64,000 nt of DNA from Trichoplax adhaerens (Eukaryota > Animalia > Placozoa). The position numbers were made by a program, and so were the translations under genes. The notes beneath the pieces are model-generated. The model had not been told where the DNA came from, did no database searches, and saw nothing but the letters and a program-made list of their open reading frames with translations. Positions 46,701-59,142 of the stretch are shown in pieces. The stretch lies in assembly GCF_000150275.1 (NCBI RefSeq), contig NW_002060946.1, positions 6,677,855 through 6,741,854 on the forward strand, read 5' to 3'. Each line of letters begins with the position of its first letter. The first letter of the stretch is position 1.

Positions 46701-49700
46701 ACTAGTCTACACATCTTGTATATATTCTCTGCAATTATTTCGGAAAGAAATTAGTGCTATTAAAGTAATCCACGCATCTTATATATCCTCTACAGCTAAT
46801 CCTAGGAAGAAAGTTTTGCAGTTAGATTAACTTATGCATCCTATATATCCTCCATCATCTAACCTTGCTTCTATACTGTCGTCTAGGGAAAAGTTCAATT
46901 TTCAGAAAAAGGTGAACGAATTATGACCAGTACCATTCAGCAATATCAAGGTACCAAATGATATACTGTACACATTTCGATTCAAATTTTATAAGAATGC
47001 TCCATTGCTGATGATATCGACACTTATGCTTTACAATATAATTATAATAACCATTCTATTAGATGGCCGATTTGTACTGATCGCTATGTACGAACCAACT
47101 GATAATCGCTTGCAAAGAATACCCGATAGTAGAATTACATGGCCGAATAACGGTATTGCAAATTGAATGATTGAACTAAACTTGCGCGGGTTGTAGATAG
47201 AAAACAGTTATAAACTACCTATCCTGTATAGTAGTTGGCTTTTAATTCATGAGTAGATGCGTATTTATTCTTGATAATAACCTTTTGGATAACTGCCTAA
47301 CTCGGTGTATAGAATTTAGAAAATTAACGTACTAAATTGATGTTGTTGCTTTTAATTACTGTATAATTGGGTAATACAAAAATTGGCTATGCATCTCAGG
47401 TTCAAAACCTGTCGATTCTGTCTATATTCAAATCCAAGACAAGGAAGTTAGTCAGCCACTCTTCTTTTCAGTGGTACTAATTTTGATTGCATGTGTGGCA
47501 ATGGCCATCTTTTTCCTAAATATCAACATTCGATATCGTCATGTAAGGTAAGCTGTATATTTCAACTATAATATTTCATTCGGTTATCAAGTTCAAGTTT
47601 AAGTTGAGTACAAGAAAAGGCTAAAAGAAATGTGTAATTAAAATTAAGGCTAAGAAAATATTATGGTTAAATTACTGCTATAATTGACCCGTCAAATACC
47701 TTAGACTTGAAGAAAGAATTTATATCATGGTGTTTTGTCTAATTTTTAAACTTTTACTTGTAGTCCGCATAGGGTAACTTTACTTTTCTCATATAACCAG
47801 AAATCTTTTCACTTCATCGTAACATTCCATGTCGTCTTCTATTTCCATGATTATCCTGGAAAATATTATTTATCATTTCAATGTCCTTGACCATTATAGA
47901 TTCATTAAAATGTCCAGCCCCAACATGAATAATTTGATTATCCTCGGCTCCGTAACAACTTATATAGGTGTTTTAATATTTGGTATGGATTTTGTACCTT
48001 TGAAGGAGTATCAGTCCCTATGTAAAGTAAGTATTTATACTTTGTGTACTGCATATATCCATTTACAGTTATTTCTTCTTTAGTAGAGTTGATGCACATA
48101 TTACTATGTATTGAAATGAATTAACACATATGTGGATGATCTCTCTTCTTTGTCACTCTATTGCAAGAGAATTGGACAAATGTTGATGAACGATTTTCAT
48201 TTCTACCCTAGGCACGTATTTGGCTCATCAGTCTTGGCTTTTCATTTGCTTTCGGTGCTATGTTTTTCAAAACATGGCGAGTTCATAAAATATTTGCTAA
48301 CTTGACAGCGAAGAAAGTAGTAAGTTTATCATCTTGTAATCGCTTATGGCTACAATACCGTAGCCAGTAATCATACCTTGTCTTCATTTACGTATATTTT
48401 ACTCTTCGAAAATACCGCTCACAACTAACAAGGGCATCAATCTATTCCATAATAGGCCATTCGTGATAGCCAATTATTACTACGTGTTGGTGTCCTAATT
48501 GTTATAGATGTCACCGTTCTTCTTGTATGGGAACTGATCGATCCTCTACAAAGTGGTTATGAATTCCTACCACCTTATGTGAGTAGATTTCTCCAAACAC
48601 GTAGTAAAACTTGCAATCATAGAAATCAACAATTCATTTTGCCATCTTACTATAAAACTAATAACATAGTCCAAATGAAATGAAATGATGATTATGAATA
48701 GAGCAACGTTAGTTACAGTATAATCAGTAGAGGAAAAAAAGAGACTGTAATCGTAGAACTGATTATCTACCCGAAGGGAATTGCAATCGATAATTTTTTT
48801 TATGAACAGCCTTTGCCAGGTAACTCTGACGTTCTTATACGCGAAAGGCTAAAAACCTGCAGATGCCAGCGAGAAGTAATCTGGATTGCGATTATCGTCA
48901 GTTATAAGGGTTTATTGCTACTGTTTGGGCTTTTTCTGGCATGGGAGACTAGAAAAGTTGCTATTAATGCTCTAAACGATTCCAAAAATATTGGCTTATG
49001 CGTTTACGCCGTCGCTGCTACCTGTGCAGTGATAACACCAATAGTCTTGACTACTGGCCATTTACCAAATGTACAATATGCATTCTTCGCTTTGGCTATT
49101 ATTTTTTGCGCCACCATAAATTTACTGGTGGTTTTTCTGCCAAAGGTAAATTAGGATAAATTTACTTGAATAAATAGAGACATATTAAGATAATATACTT
49201 GGCTATATGCTACAAGTATATGAAAGGTATACCGGTATACTGTAGGTTATAAATTATTGTCAGTCGATATATCTTTGATAGTTTAGTCTTCAATGATAAT
49301 GTTGACATTTTGTGCTCGCGTTGGATTGGTAATTTGAACGCTATTTCTTAATAATTCAGTCAAGTAAATAAATCATGGAACCCTTTAGATACGATGTACA
49401 GTATAGTAGTTGTTATTCTGATAGATGATTAGGATTAAAGAAGAGCACCAGTTAATATACTTCATTCGATAGAACTTCGCCGATTACATTAACATACGCG
49501 TGATAACAAGAAATTATGCGTATTTATTGTACATGGAGAAGCCAGCTCAGTTATAATTACAGCATAACTCGTTTAACTTTCTCAGATCTGGTCTTGAGAT
49601 AAATTTAACATGCTGTTGTGAAATTGCGTATCATTTATGCTAGAAATTGATATGCAGTATATGTAATTTGATTTTCAATAACTTGAATTACTGTTACACA

Positions 49701-50671
49701 TAAACTGGCAATTGAGGAAATGTTAAATAGTAGCGACGAATGGACAATTTACCTTAATCTAAAAAGCTGTTAGTCTGTTGCAAGCTAGCTATTCGTGTAC
49801 TGATTGAATATCTCTACTTGGATGTTCAATCAGAAATAGCTAAAATCAAATTGATAACTTAACTTAATGGGAGAAGTTACTAGCGTATTGCAGGTTGGCT
49901 ACTGATTTGATATCTTCTACTTAGATATTTAGTCAGAAATGATATAAGTGTTGCTTTGATGGTGAGAAAGTTACAACTGTCATTGATTATCTTAGATGGC
50001 ATGATAGCCTATACGTTAAATACTTATTTGAATACATACAGTATCGTTGCAATGGCCCTTCCGTGATATATAAAGATTAAAATTATCTCCATGTTTGGTG
50101 CTTGCATAAAAGCGCATCATTTCGAGTAGATTATATTATGGGTACTTTCTCTATTTTTCGATTTGCGCGGTTGACTAATGGATTCATTGAGTATTTTGAC
50201 CATTTTCTCTGCTAAACATGAAATAGCTACAAAGTTATTCACTTTCATTATTAATAGGTAACAAGGTTGTCTAAGAGTAAAAAACGTGGTGGTGCTAGTC
50301 TCAGAAATAGTATGAAACGATCGCTATCGACGCATAGCCAGAAGGATGGCGGCGTTTCCGTCTCGCAGGGTTCTAACGTTGTTGACGTTAACATCGAAAA
50401 TGCGAAACTAAAAAAGTTATTTATCGAGGTATGTACTACATTCTATGTGCATAATTGATATAATCTTAGCAACTTTCTGTTTCCTAGAAAGCAGTAAAAT
50501 AAAATAATCATTTACTTTATTAATCCGGCTACTCTCTTGGTAAGCGGAAATGATGGCAATGCTACTATCTTCACAAAATTAATGTAATTACAGAAAGAAA
50601 ATCAAATTATGTTCATGCAACGAGAATTGCAGTTGTACCAGGAAGATGAACAAAAGAAGAGTCAAGATTGA
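43751..50671 (+). CDS. GABA-B-receptor-like class C GPCR (signal peptide, Venus flytrap, 7TM, C-terminal coiled coil)
   Basis: Ectodomain: MALKDINGNNSILPGY; CDPGIG; GPGCSPV..VAE; SYAASSPALSDR; KDARII; WFFMGWYSDNWW. 7TM: MSSPNMNNLIILG; FGAMFFKTWRVHKIF; YKGLLLLFGLFLAWETRKV..ALNDSK; VFLPK. Coiled coil: IENAKLKKLFIEKENQI. Confidence 0.93.
46270..46886. repeat. Degenerate short-unit repeat in a GABA-B-like intron, ending at the 3' splice site
   Basis: Repeated (pyrimidine)..aggcgag..tagttttt..gcagttagagtaat blocks at about 46437, 46513 and 46624. Confidence 0.65.
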
Positions 50672-51450
50672 AAATGTTGAGCAGACTGCTACTACTAGCA
50701 ATACTTAAAAGTAATTAATTATTCACACTAACAGAGTTGAACTTCAATTTTATGCATCTCCTTAACCAACAATCATTACTACATCACTTGCAAAATGACT
50801 GCTTGCATGCATAGTGTAATTTGATATATTCCCATCAAGTGATGTTTTAGCTATGTTGCATTAGCTTAAACGTAGGCTAAACATGATTCGGTGCTATAGT
50901 AGATGAATGGCGTAGATTTAGCATTATTGTAAGTTACAGGGGGGCTACTGTGCATTATGGACGTAATATAACGCCAGATAAGTAGAAATTTTTGTTCGGT
51001 TACTCGCAATAATTGAATTCATTGATTACATCCACCACAGTAAAATTCTTTTTATTTTCTCTGCAATTATGGAAGTTTATCACAAATTTTTGACAATAAA
51101 GGAGTATTATTTCTTGATATTATATCTCGATCAACTAATACTCTATACATACAGTTGTTTCCAAATTAAAATGTATCACTAGTTGAACGAATTACAAGGA
51201 TAATAATATAATTATGGTTGACCATCTATGCAAATTGTGAAGAATAAAAGCAACGAAATTTATCCATTGTCTAATTTTCATTGACTTTCCTAAATATATC
51301 AATACTTCCCATTTCTGAGCAGTATAAGGTGCTCTACAATGTTGCATAACGTTGCAACTATTTGTCAGATAACGCAATAGTTCTACCGAGACATGATCGT
51401 TCCTAGGGTAATACCAACCTAAGTCTAGTTTAGTTAACTTACCATCAAGA

Positions 51451-54400
51451 TCAATTGTCAGGAGATAAAGAGCGCGATCTTGATGCAGACTGTATCGGAG
51501 ATCGAGATGCCGATCTGCGTGGACTATAACGTGATCCTCCCTTTCTTGGACTGGGAGAACGCCTGGGAGAATAAGATCTTCGTGGGCTACGAGAACGAGA
51601 GTGTCTGCGTGGACTGCGTGAGCGAGAATTGCTATAACGCTGACGGGAGCGTGATCTGATTAACAAAATCGGTAAGATACTCGTTATTGCATGTCTACAA
51701 TCATACTGAAGATAAACAGTGTACAATTTACCGGTGACGAGGAGACGCTGATCTTCTTCGTGGTGAGCGCGAGCGCGAGCGTGAGCGTGATCGTCGACGA
51801 TCCTTAAATGATTAAACAACATATTTAGCAATGAATTCAATTTTACATCACACTATACTGAATACGCATGTTACCAGCCCAATCAAAAATGGTCATATCA
51901 TAATCATAGCATAATTTATGCGATGTATACAACCAGTTTGAAGTATGGTACGATTAGATTGTCGGAAGTAATCCAGTATAACGATTGGTTTATACCAATA
52001 CATGATACCGTGTAAACGTTTTATCTACAGAAAATGATGCCACTAGGACCAACTACAACGGCAAGCAAAGTGTTAACCAAAACAAGACAGATACAGCAGG
52101 TATGCAAGTCAGTAACTAGTCATGGTACGTGTTAAAGCTTATTAAGCGAGCCCACCAAAATAACCAAATTTCGTATCTAGTATTGGCCATCTATTTTAGT
52201 TTTACAAGATAACGAACGCATTAGCCACTCAACACCATACCAATCAACTAGCAACTAGAAGTGCTACTTAATGGAAGTGTGATATCAACTCGGAACCAAA
52301 TGTCTCTTTGACTACATTGCTACGCTAATGAGCAATCCTGCGATGGCGAGATATGCAATAGGGGTCCCCAATACTGCTGAACGATAAGTAATACCACCAC
52401 CAAGCATGCATTTTTTACGATATGATCGTGGAGGACATGTCGTTCATGGCCACCAACGTGGTTGTATGAGTTTGACTGTCAACTCTGTATTCTATACGAT
52501 CACAAAAATACGTTAAGGTAATTTTTACATCTAGTAAAAACGGAAGTTGGAATTTTCTTACATAGTCTATTATAAAGCAGACCGTTTTAATAGCGCCAAA
52601 AATATAGCACGATATTGCAAAGGCAGCGTCTTAGTAATCTAAGTAGATGTACTGTGCAGTTCAAGAAATCGCTCACTGATGCATCATCTAGCCATGACAC
52701 GATAATCAGTTCAAAAAAATTGGACTATGGCAGTTGCCCAACTTTCACAAATTGGCAAGATTTAAAAGAAGCTTGCTCAATCAACACTGCCATATCTTTG
52801 TTAAGCAATACATGTCATGACAATTTTATCACGCCAATAAATTCGTCACCACCAAATAACTGCAAACGTGAAAATCAGTCGATTAGTATCTTACATTATA
52901 TACTCCAAAAGTCAGTTATATTTATATTTACAAACTGCTACACTAGGTACTGAAGTTTTACTAAAAAAAATAGGCTTATCCAGTTTGATCTTTCTCCCAA
53001 TTGATTTTAAATGGATTTATCTTGGGTAAGAATCACCATATTGGCGGGTATTAATTGTCATTATTTTTGTACATCCAGTGTTAGTCAATTGGTTGCCATC
53101 TCAATGTGAAGGTATTTTTTTCTGGTCAATTACCAGCAATGTTTTCATGCACCAATTCAAGATCAGACATTCACCCAAATTTTGTTCAATGGCCATTCAA
53201 TCAATTGTAGACTACTGCATCCAGTGGTTAATATCATCAGTCAGTCCATTTGGCCATCAAGGATGAAGTTATGGCGATGCGTTATTCAAGGAATTGATAT
53301 AACATGATCGATATGTACTACTCTATTACAAGACTAGCTTTTGGCGACGATGTGCAATGTTAACCATGGCAACAATACCCAGGGCGATTGGTTTGGTCGC
53401 TATTTCAAGTTATCAATGTTGATGGAAAAGGAGAATTCTTTTCTGTAATCTTGTACAGGATTGTATGAGTATTGTATAACGGAGATACGACGACAACAAC
53501 TTGAATAGCGAAGGAGAATAATCCTACCGTACAGATACTACTGTAGAATGGATAACAGAAATACGCACTGCATTTTGGAGTATAGTAATTGTTGGGGTCA
53601 TCAACACTTTTTTTGAACATTGTGACTTCTATCGACTGTCTACAAACTAGCAAGAATGCCACTGGAGTAATGAACTACCAAAATGCTTCATCATTGCTCT
53701 AACAGTAGAAAATACTGCAAACTAAGTGTATCTCGCCAATCGAGTGACCCAAAATGAGGTTCAAAAGTATTCATCACAGTAACGCGCATAAAGTAGGCAT
53801 TCATTGCCCAAATTAAAATGTCATGGTGATTGATTATATAGAACATGTCTACAAGAAGGATAATGAAAAGCATTGAAATGATGTATTTTTTGAGGGCACC
53901 ATTACTATGGTTAAGTTAATGGTCCGTATCACCGTTCTACCTCTGTCAATCGAACTTTTCTGCCGCATAATTCGGTACCATCCAGGCGTTTTAAGGCATC
54001 TTTCATGTCGTCATACGTTGCGAAATCGACTACTCCTCGTCCTTCACCTAATTGTTTGTGAGCATCAGCAAAAGTTACGTCGCCAGCTTGACGCATGTAA
54101 TCTTTAATATCGCGCCAGGTAGCTCGGCTTGATAAATTGTTGATGACTAAACGCCATTCAGTATTACGAGGACGGCCAAAACGAGGTCTAAAGAGCAAAT
54201 AAGAAGGTGTTATCAAAGGATATGCTATCCATAGTCATTGAAGAAGGCAACTTATTGAGCTAGATTCTTCATTGCTAATTGTACAAGTAATTTGTATCCT
54301 TGATCAGTTGTAAGGCGATTAACACTAGCATTGTACGGGCCACTTTTCTTGCACTGTGCAAACTGTTTTCATCGCTTTCCTTTGATGAAATAGAAAGGCA

Positions 54401-55392
54401 AATTCAATACGAGCACTTGTGCTATGTCTTTTCACTATTTTGGACTGGTGAAAAATGCCTTTTTTTCATATTGACGTAGACTGTATTGGATTTTGCTTTA
54501 ACCTAGCGCATTCCTGACTAATGATAAAGAGGTTTTGAAGGATTTGGATACTTTCTTACTGACTGTACTGTATTATAATCGATTGATTCCAACTAGGACT
54601 CTTTCTTGATCGAGACGGTTTTCCGACATGGATGTAGCACTTGGATACTGGATTTATCGTACTTTACATACAGAGGCAATGATGAAAATAACTATCGTCG
54701 TTCGGTGATGACTATCTGACTGGTAGGCAATCGTTGAATACGTGATAGTAGTGTAAAATACAATGATTATTACTAAAGTATGGATGGAAAAGGGGGGAAA
54801 ATTGGATGGAATTTCTCCATAGAAATGCTTGGATGACCGAGCTTTGAACAACTCGAGCCTTTCCATGGTCGATGATTGAAAGTAGTAAGCAAGTGTTTGT
54901 GGCTAAACTCGTTTGAAATGGGTATGATTTGTAGTGGATTCTGTTGCTATCCTATTCTATCTATCCAGTTTGTTGAAGAATGTTGTAAGAGAGAGGGAGG
55001 GAGGAAAAAAAAACCCAAGACAAAGACTACAGGATGAAAGCGTTGCTACAACTATGGTAGTACCTTCCACCTCCATTGCCACCACTACTTCCACCGCCAC
55101 CGCCGCCACCGGAGCGACGATTGCCGGAGCTACTTCCTCCACCTCCTCCACCTCCTCGGCGGTCATCATATCGAGTTCCTTTAGCAAATTCCACGATAAC
55201 TCTTTCACCCATTAGATCACGATTATTGAGTTCATAAATAGCATCTTCAGCATCGCGAGGATCATCAAATTCGACGAAACCGAAACCATTTTTCAATGTT
55301 ACTTCGCGTATTTTACCAAATCCTCGAAAGAAATGCTCAACATCGCGTTCACGAGCACGATAACTCAATCGACCAACATAGACACGAGTCAT
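51451..55392 (-). CDS. SR splicing factor of the SRSF4/5/6 (SRp55/B52) family, 4 coding exons
   Basis: Exons 55392-55064, 54187-53941, 51802-51732 and 51655-51451. RRM1: MTRVYVGRLSYRARERDVEHFF...KNGFGFVEFDD. Gly linker. RRM2: NLSSRATWRDIKDYMRQAGDVTFADAH. RS tail. Confidence 0.95.
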
Positions 55393-55784
55393 AATTGCTC
55401 CGTTTGGATTAATTTGCAGTCGATAAACCCAAAGGATGGCTTGGATAGCAGGATGATAGCCAAAATAAGTCGACTAGCAGCAAGAAAAAAGTTGGAAAAT
55501 GGCAGACTAGCGTTGGCCAGTTGTGACGTCAACAACAAGCATTTGGCCGCTTAACTTGGGCTACCATGCTTTTCTATAGGTTGCTTGGTATTGTTTGGGT
55601 ATGACTAGACGCGAAAAGCAAGAGCTGGCTGTTTCTGAACAACCCCTGCTCTCTACTCCCCCATACGCTACGTAGCGTTCATACAAAACAATACAGTGGA
55701 CGACATGGATTGCTTCCATACTCAACAGTACAAGCCAATTTGTGCTGTCGAGGTCAAAGATCATGTGATCAACAATGACTCGAC

Positions 55785-55980
55785 TGAACCGTACCGTGCC
55801 GTACCGTACCGGGACTGCCACAGGACAGTATTGTACAGTACAAATCGTTCAAGTACTGTACTACAGTCTGCAAGGATCTCTACTGTACAGTACTGTGTAC
55901 TGTACTACGTAGACGATCCACGGTACCGTACCGTATCGGAACTAGCCTAAACGGAACCAATCGGTACCAATCGGTACGAT
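55785..55980. promoter_or_regulatory. (GTACN)n-rich patch upstream of the SRSF gene
   Basis: gtaccgtgccgtaccgtaccgg...gtacagtactgtgtactgtact...cggtaccgtaccgta. Function is inferred. Confidence 0.45.
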
Positions 55981-55984
55981 AGGT

Positions 55985-57258
55985 GCAGCTATGCTTCAAC
56001 AACTTTTCACCGGCTGGCGGGTTCAAAGAAAATTTGTGCCTACTTTAACTTTATTCATTAATTAATATGATAGTTTGAGCCAAGTATTCTTACTTTCCTT
56101 TTATGTTATAAACTTGCTAGTCTCTCCAGCAAGCAGGAAAAACATTGGATTATCCAACTACGGTGCAATTGTACTACAGTAACGATAGTTGCAGCTATGC
56201 TTCAACAACTTTTCAGAAACTGGCGCGTTCAAAGAAAACTTGTGCCTACTTTAACTTTACTTTATTCATTAATATGATAGTTTGAGCCAAGTATTCTTAC
56301 TTTCCTTTTATGTTATAAACTTGCTAGTCTCTCCAGCAAGCAGGAAAAACATTGGATTATCCAACTACGGTGCAATTGTACTACAGTAACGATAGTTGCA
56401 GCTATGCTTCAACAACTTTTCATAAACTGGCGCGTTCAAAGAAAACTTGTGCCTACTTTAACTTTACTTTATTCATTAATATGATAGTTTGAGCCAAGTA
56501 TTCTTACTTTCCTTTTATGTTATAAACTTGCTAGTCTCTCCAGCAAGCAGGAAAAACATTGACTTTGTCTTGGGAGTAGAGTCTTGACATGCACTACAGT
56601 GTAGTCGAGTAGCTTTACTGCACTGGATTATCCAACTGCGGTGCAATTCTACACATACTACTGTACTGTACAGTAACGATAGTTGCAGACTTGCAGCTAT
56701 GCTTCAGCAACTTTTCATAAACTGGTACCGCGTTCAAAGAAAACTTATCACTCCTTCAACTTCATTAATCAATACGATAGTTTGAGCCAAGTATTCTTAC
56801 TTCCCTTTTTTGTTATAAACTTACTAGTCTCTCCAGCAAGCAGTAAAAACATTGACTTTGTCTTGGGAGTAGAGTCTTGACATGCACTACAGTATAGTCG
56901 AGTAGCTTTAGTGCACTGGATTATCCAACTACGGTGCAATTCTACACATACTACAGTACTGTAACGATAGTTGCAGACTTGCAGCTATGCTTCAGCAACT
57001 TTTCATAAACTGGTGCCGCGTTCAAAGAAAACTTATCACTCCTTCAACTTCATTAATCAATACGATAGTTTGAGCCAAGTATTCTTACTTCCCTTTTTTG
57101 TTATAAACTTACTAGTCTCTCCAGCAAGCAGGAAAAACATCGACTTTGTCCTCGGAGTAGAGTCTTGACATGCACTACAGTACAGTATAGTCGACTGACT
57201 GAGTCGAGTAGCTTTAGTGCATTGGATTGTCCCAACTACGGTGCAATTGTGAACAGTA
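55985..57258. repeat. Tandem array, 5 copies of 205-295-bp units, upstream of SRSF
   Basis: gcagctatgcttca occurs at about 55985, 56190, 56398, 56693 and 56981. The first two units lack an internal segment of about 60-80 bp. Confidence 0.95.
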
Positions 57259-57309
57259 ACGCCATGGGTGATCAATGAGCAATATCATGGTTCAGAGTTG
57301 CTGCTGGCC

Positions 57310-58685
57310 AGTACTGTATATGCAGTCAAAATGAAGCAAAATCCTGCATTGAATTCATTGACTTTGTCCATATTCTATTACCAATCAATCTATTCCATAG
57401 ATTAATGAAGATCATGCAATCAGCACCTATGGAATGATCGCACAGTGACAGTAGATGCAGTCAAGATGAGCCAAAACCCCGTATGAAATTGATTTTGTCC
57501 ATCTTCTAATACAATATACTCCATAGATTCAATATTTTAAGGTCATACAATGAGCACCAATGGAATAATCGCCCAATGCAGTCCAGTGCCTGCAAAGTAT
57601 CACCAATGGACGGAGAACGGATAGCATAATTAGCAAGGACAGTAGATGCAATCAAGATGAGCCAAAATCCTGTATTGAATTGATTTTGTCCATATTCTAG
57701 TCCAATATACTCCATCTATTAAGGTCATACAATGAGCATCAATGGAATAATCGCACAGCGCAGTCCAATGCCTGCAAAATATCACCAATGGACGGAGAAC
57801 GGATAGCATAATTAGCAGGGACAGTAGATGCAGTCAAGATGAGCCAAAACCCTGTATTGCATTGATTTTGTCCATATTCTAATACCATATACTCCATAGA
57901 TAAAGCCCTAGCAATTAACATCAATGGAATAATCGCACAGTGCAGTCCAATGCCTGCAAAATATCACCAATGGACGGAGAACGGATAGCATAATTAGCAG
58001 GGACAGTAGTTGCAGTCAAGGTGAGCCAAAACCCCGTATGGAATTGATTTTGTCTATTTTCTAATACAATATACTCCATGGATTCAATATTTTAAGGTCA
58101 TACAATGAGCACCAATGGAATAATCGCGCAATGCAGTCCAATGCCTGCAAAGTATCACCAATGGACTGAGAACGGATAGCATAATTAGCAGGGACAGTAG
58201 ATACAGTCAAGATCAGCCAAAACCCTGTATTGCATTGATTTTGTCTATATTCTAGTACAATATACTCCATCTATTAAGGTCTGACAATGAGCATCAATGG
58301 AATAATCGCACAGCGCAGTCCAATGCCTGCAAAATATCACCAATGGACGGAGAACGGATAGCATAATTAGCAGGGACAGTAGTTGCAGTCAAGGTGAGCC
58401 AAAACCCCGTATGCAATTGATTTTGTCCATCTTCTAATACAATATACTCCATGGATTCAATATATTAAGGTTATACAATGAGCACCAATGGAATCATCGC
58501 GCAATGCAGTCCAATGCCTGCAAAGTATTATCAATGGACAGAGATTGGATAGCATAATTAGTAGGGACAGTAGTTGCCAAAACCCCGTATGCAATTGATT
58601 TTGTCCAGCCTCTAATACAATATACTCCATAGGTAAAGCCCTAACTATTAAGCACCCTTGGAATGATCGCACACTGCAGTCCATG
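57310..58685. repeat. Second, unrelated tandem array (about 183-190-bp unit, about 7-8 copies)
   Basis: cagtcaag.tgagccaaaaccc.gtat...gattttgtc anchors at about 57457, 57647, 57830, 58012, 58203 and 58385. Confidence 0.95.
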
Positions 58686-59142
58686 GTAGAGCACAATTGA
58701 ATAGATCATCAAGTGGATCCAAAGCTAAATGCTACAACGATCAAACGCGATGCGGAAAATAGCGGAGAGGATTGAAGATCAAAATTAGGCTTTATTGCAA
58801 TCGGCTACAACAACAGGAGGGATTTCGATAGAAATCACACCATAGCTACAACATGCTTAATGTCATTACAACATATTACACGTCGTTTCTGTATTTCCAT
58901 TCATCACGTCTATTCGTTGACACACGCTCAAGATGCTTTTTAGGCTGGTACATGTTGCATTGCTTTACAGCCATTTTAGGCGCTTGAATGTAATGTAAAC
59001 CTACTGTATTGGCATTAAAATAATCGTACATCACCAGTTCTAAAGATGCACAATAATCAGCTTTAGATCAATGTACACTTCTACAATATTGCTACACTCT
59101 TATCCTTTGTATCGACAGAACAGATGAGAAATACATCATCGT

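Noticed and set aside
53163-53238. C/D-box-like segment in SRSF intron 2 (minus strand)
   Set aside because: The C box is imperfect, there is no terminal stem, and the rRNA complementarity is short and depends on wobble pairs.
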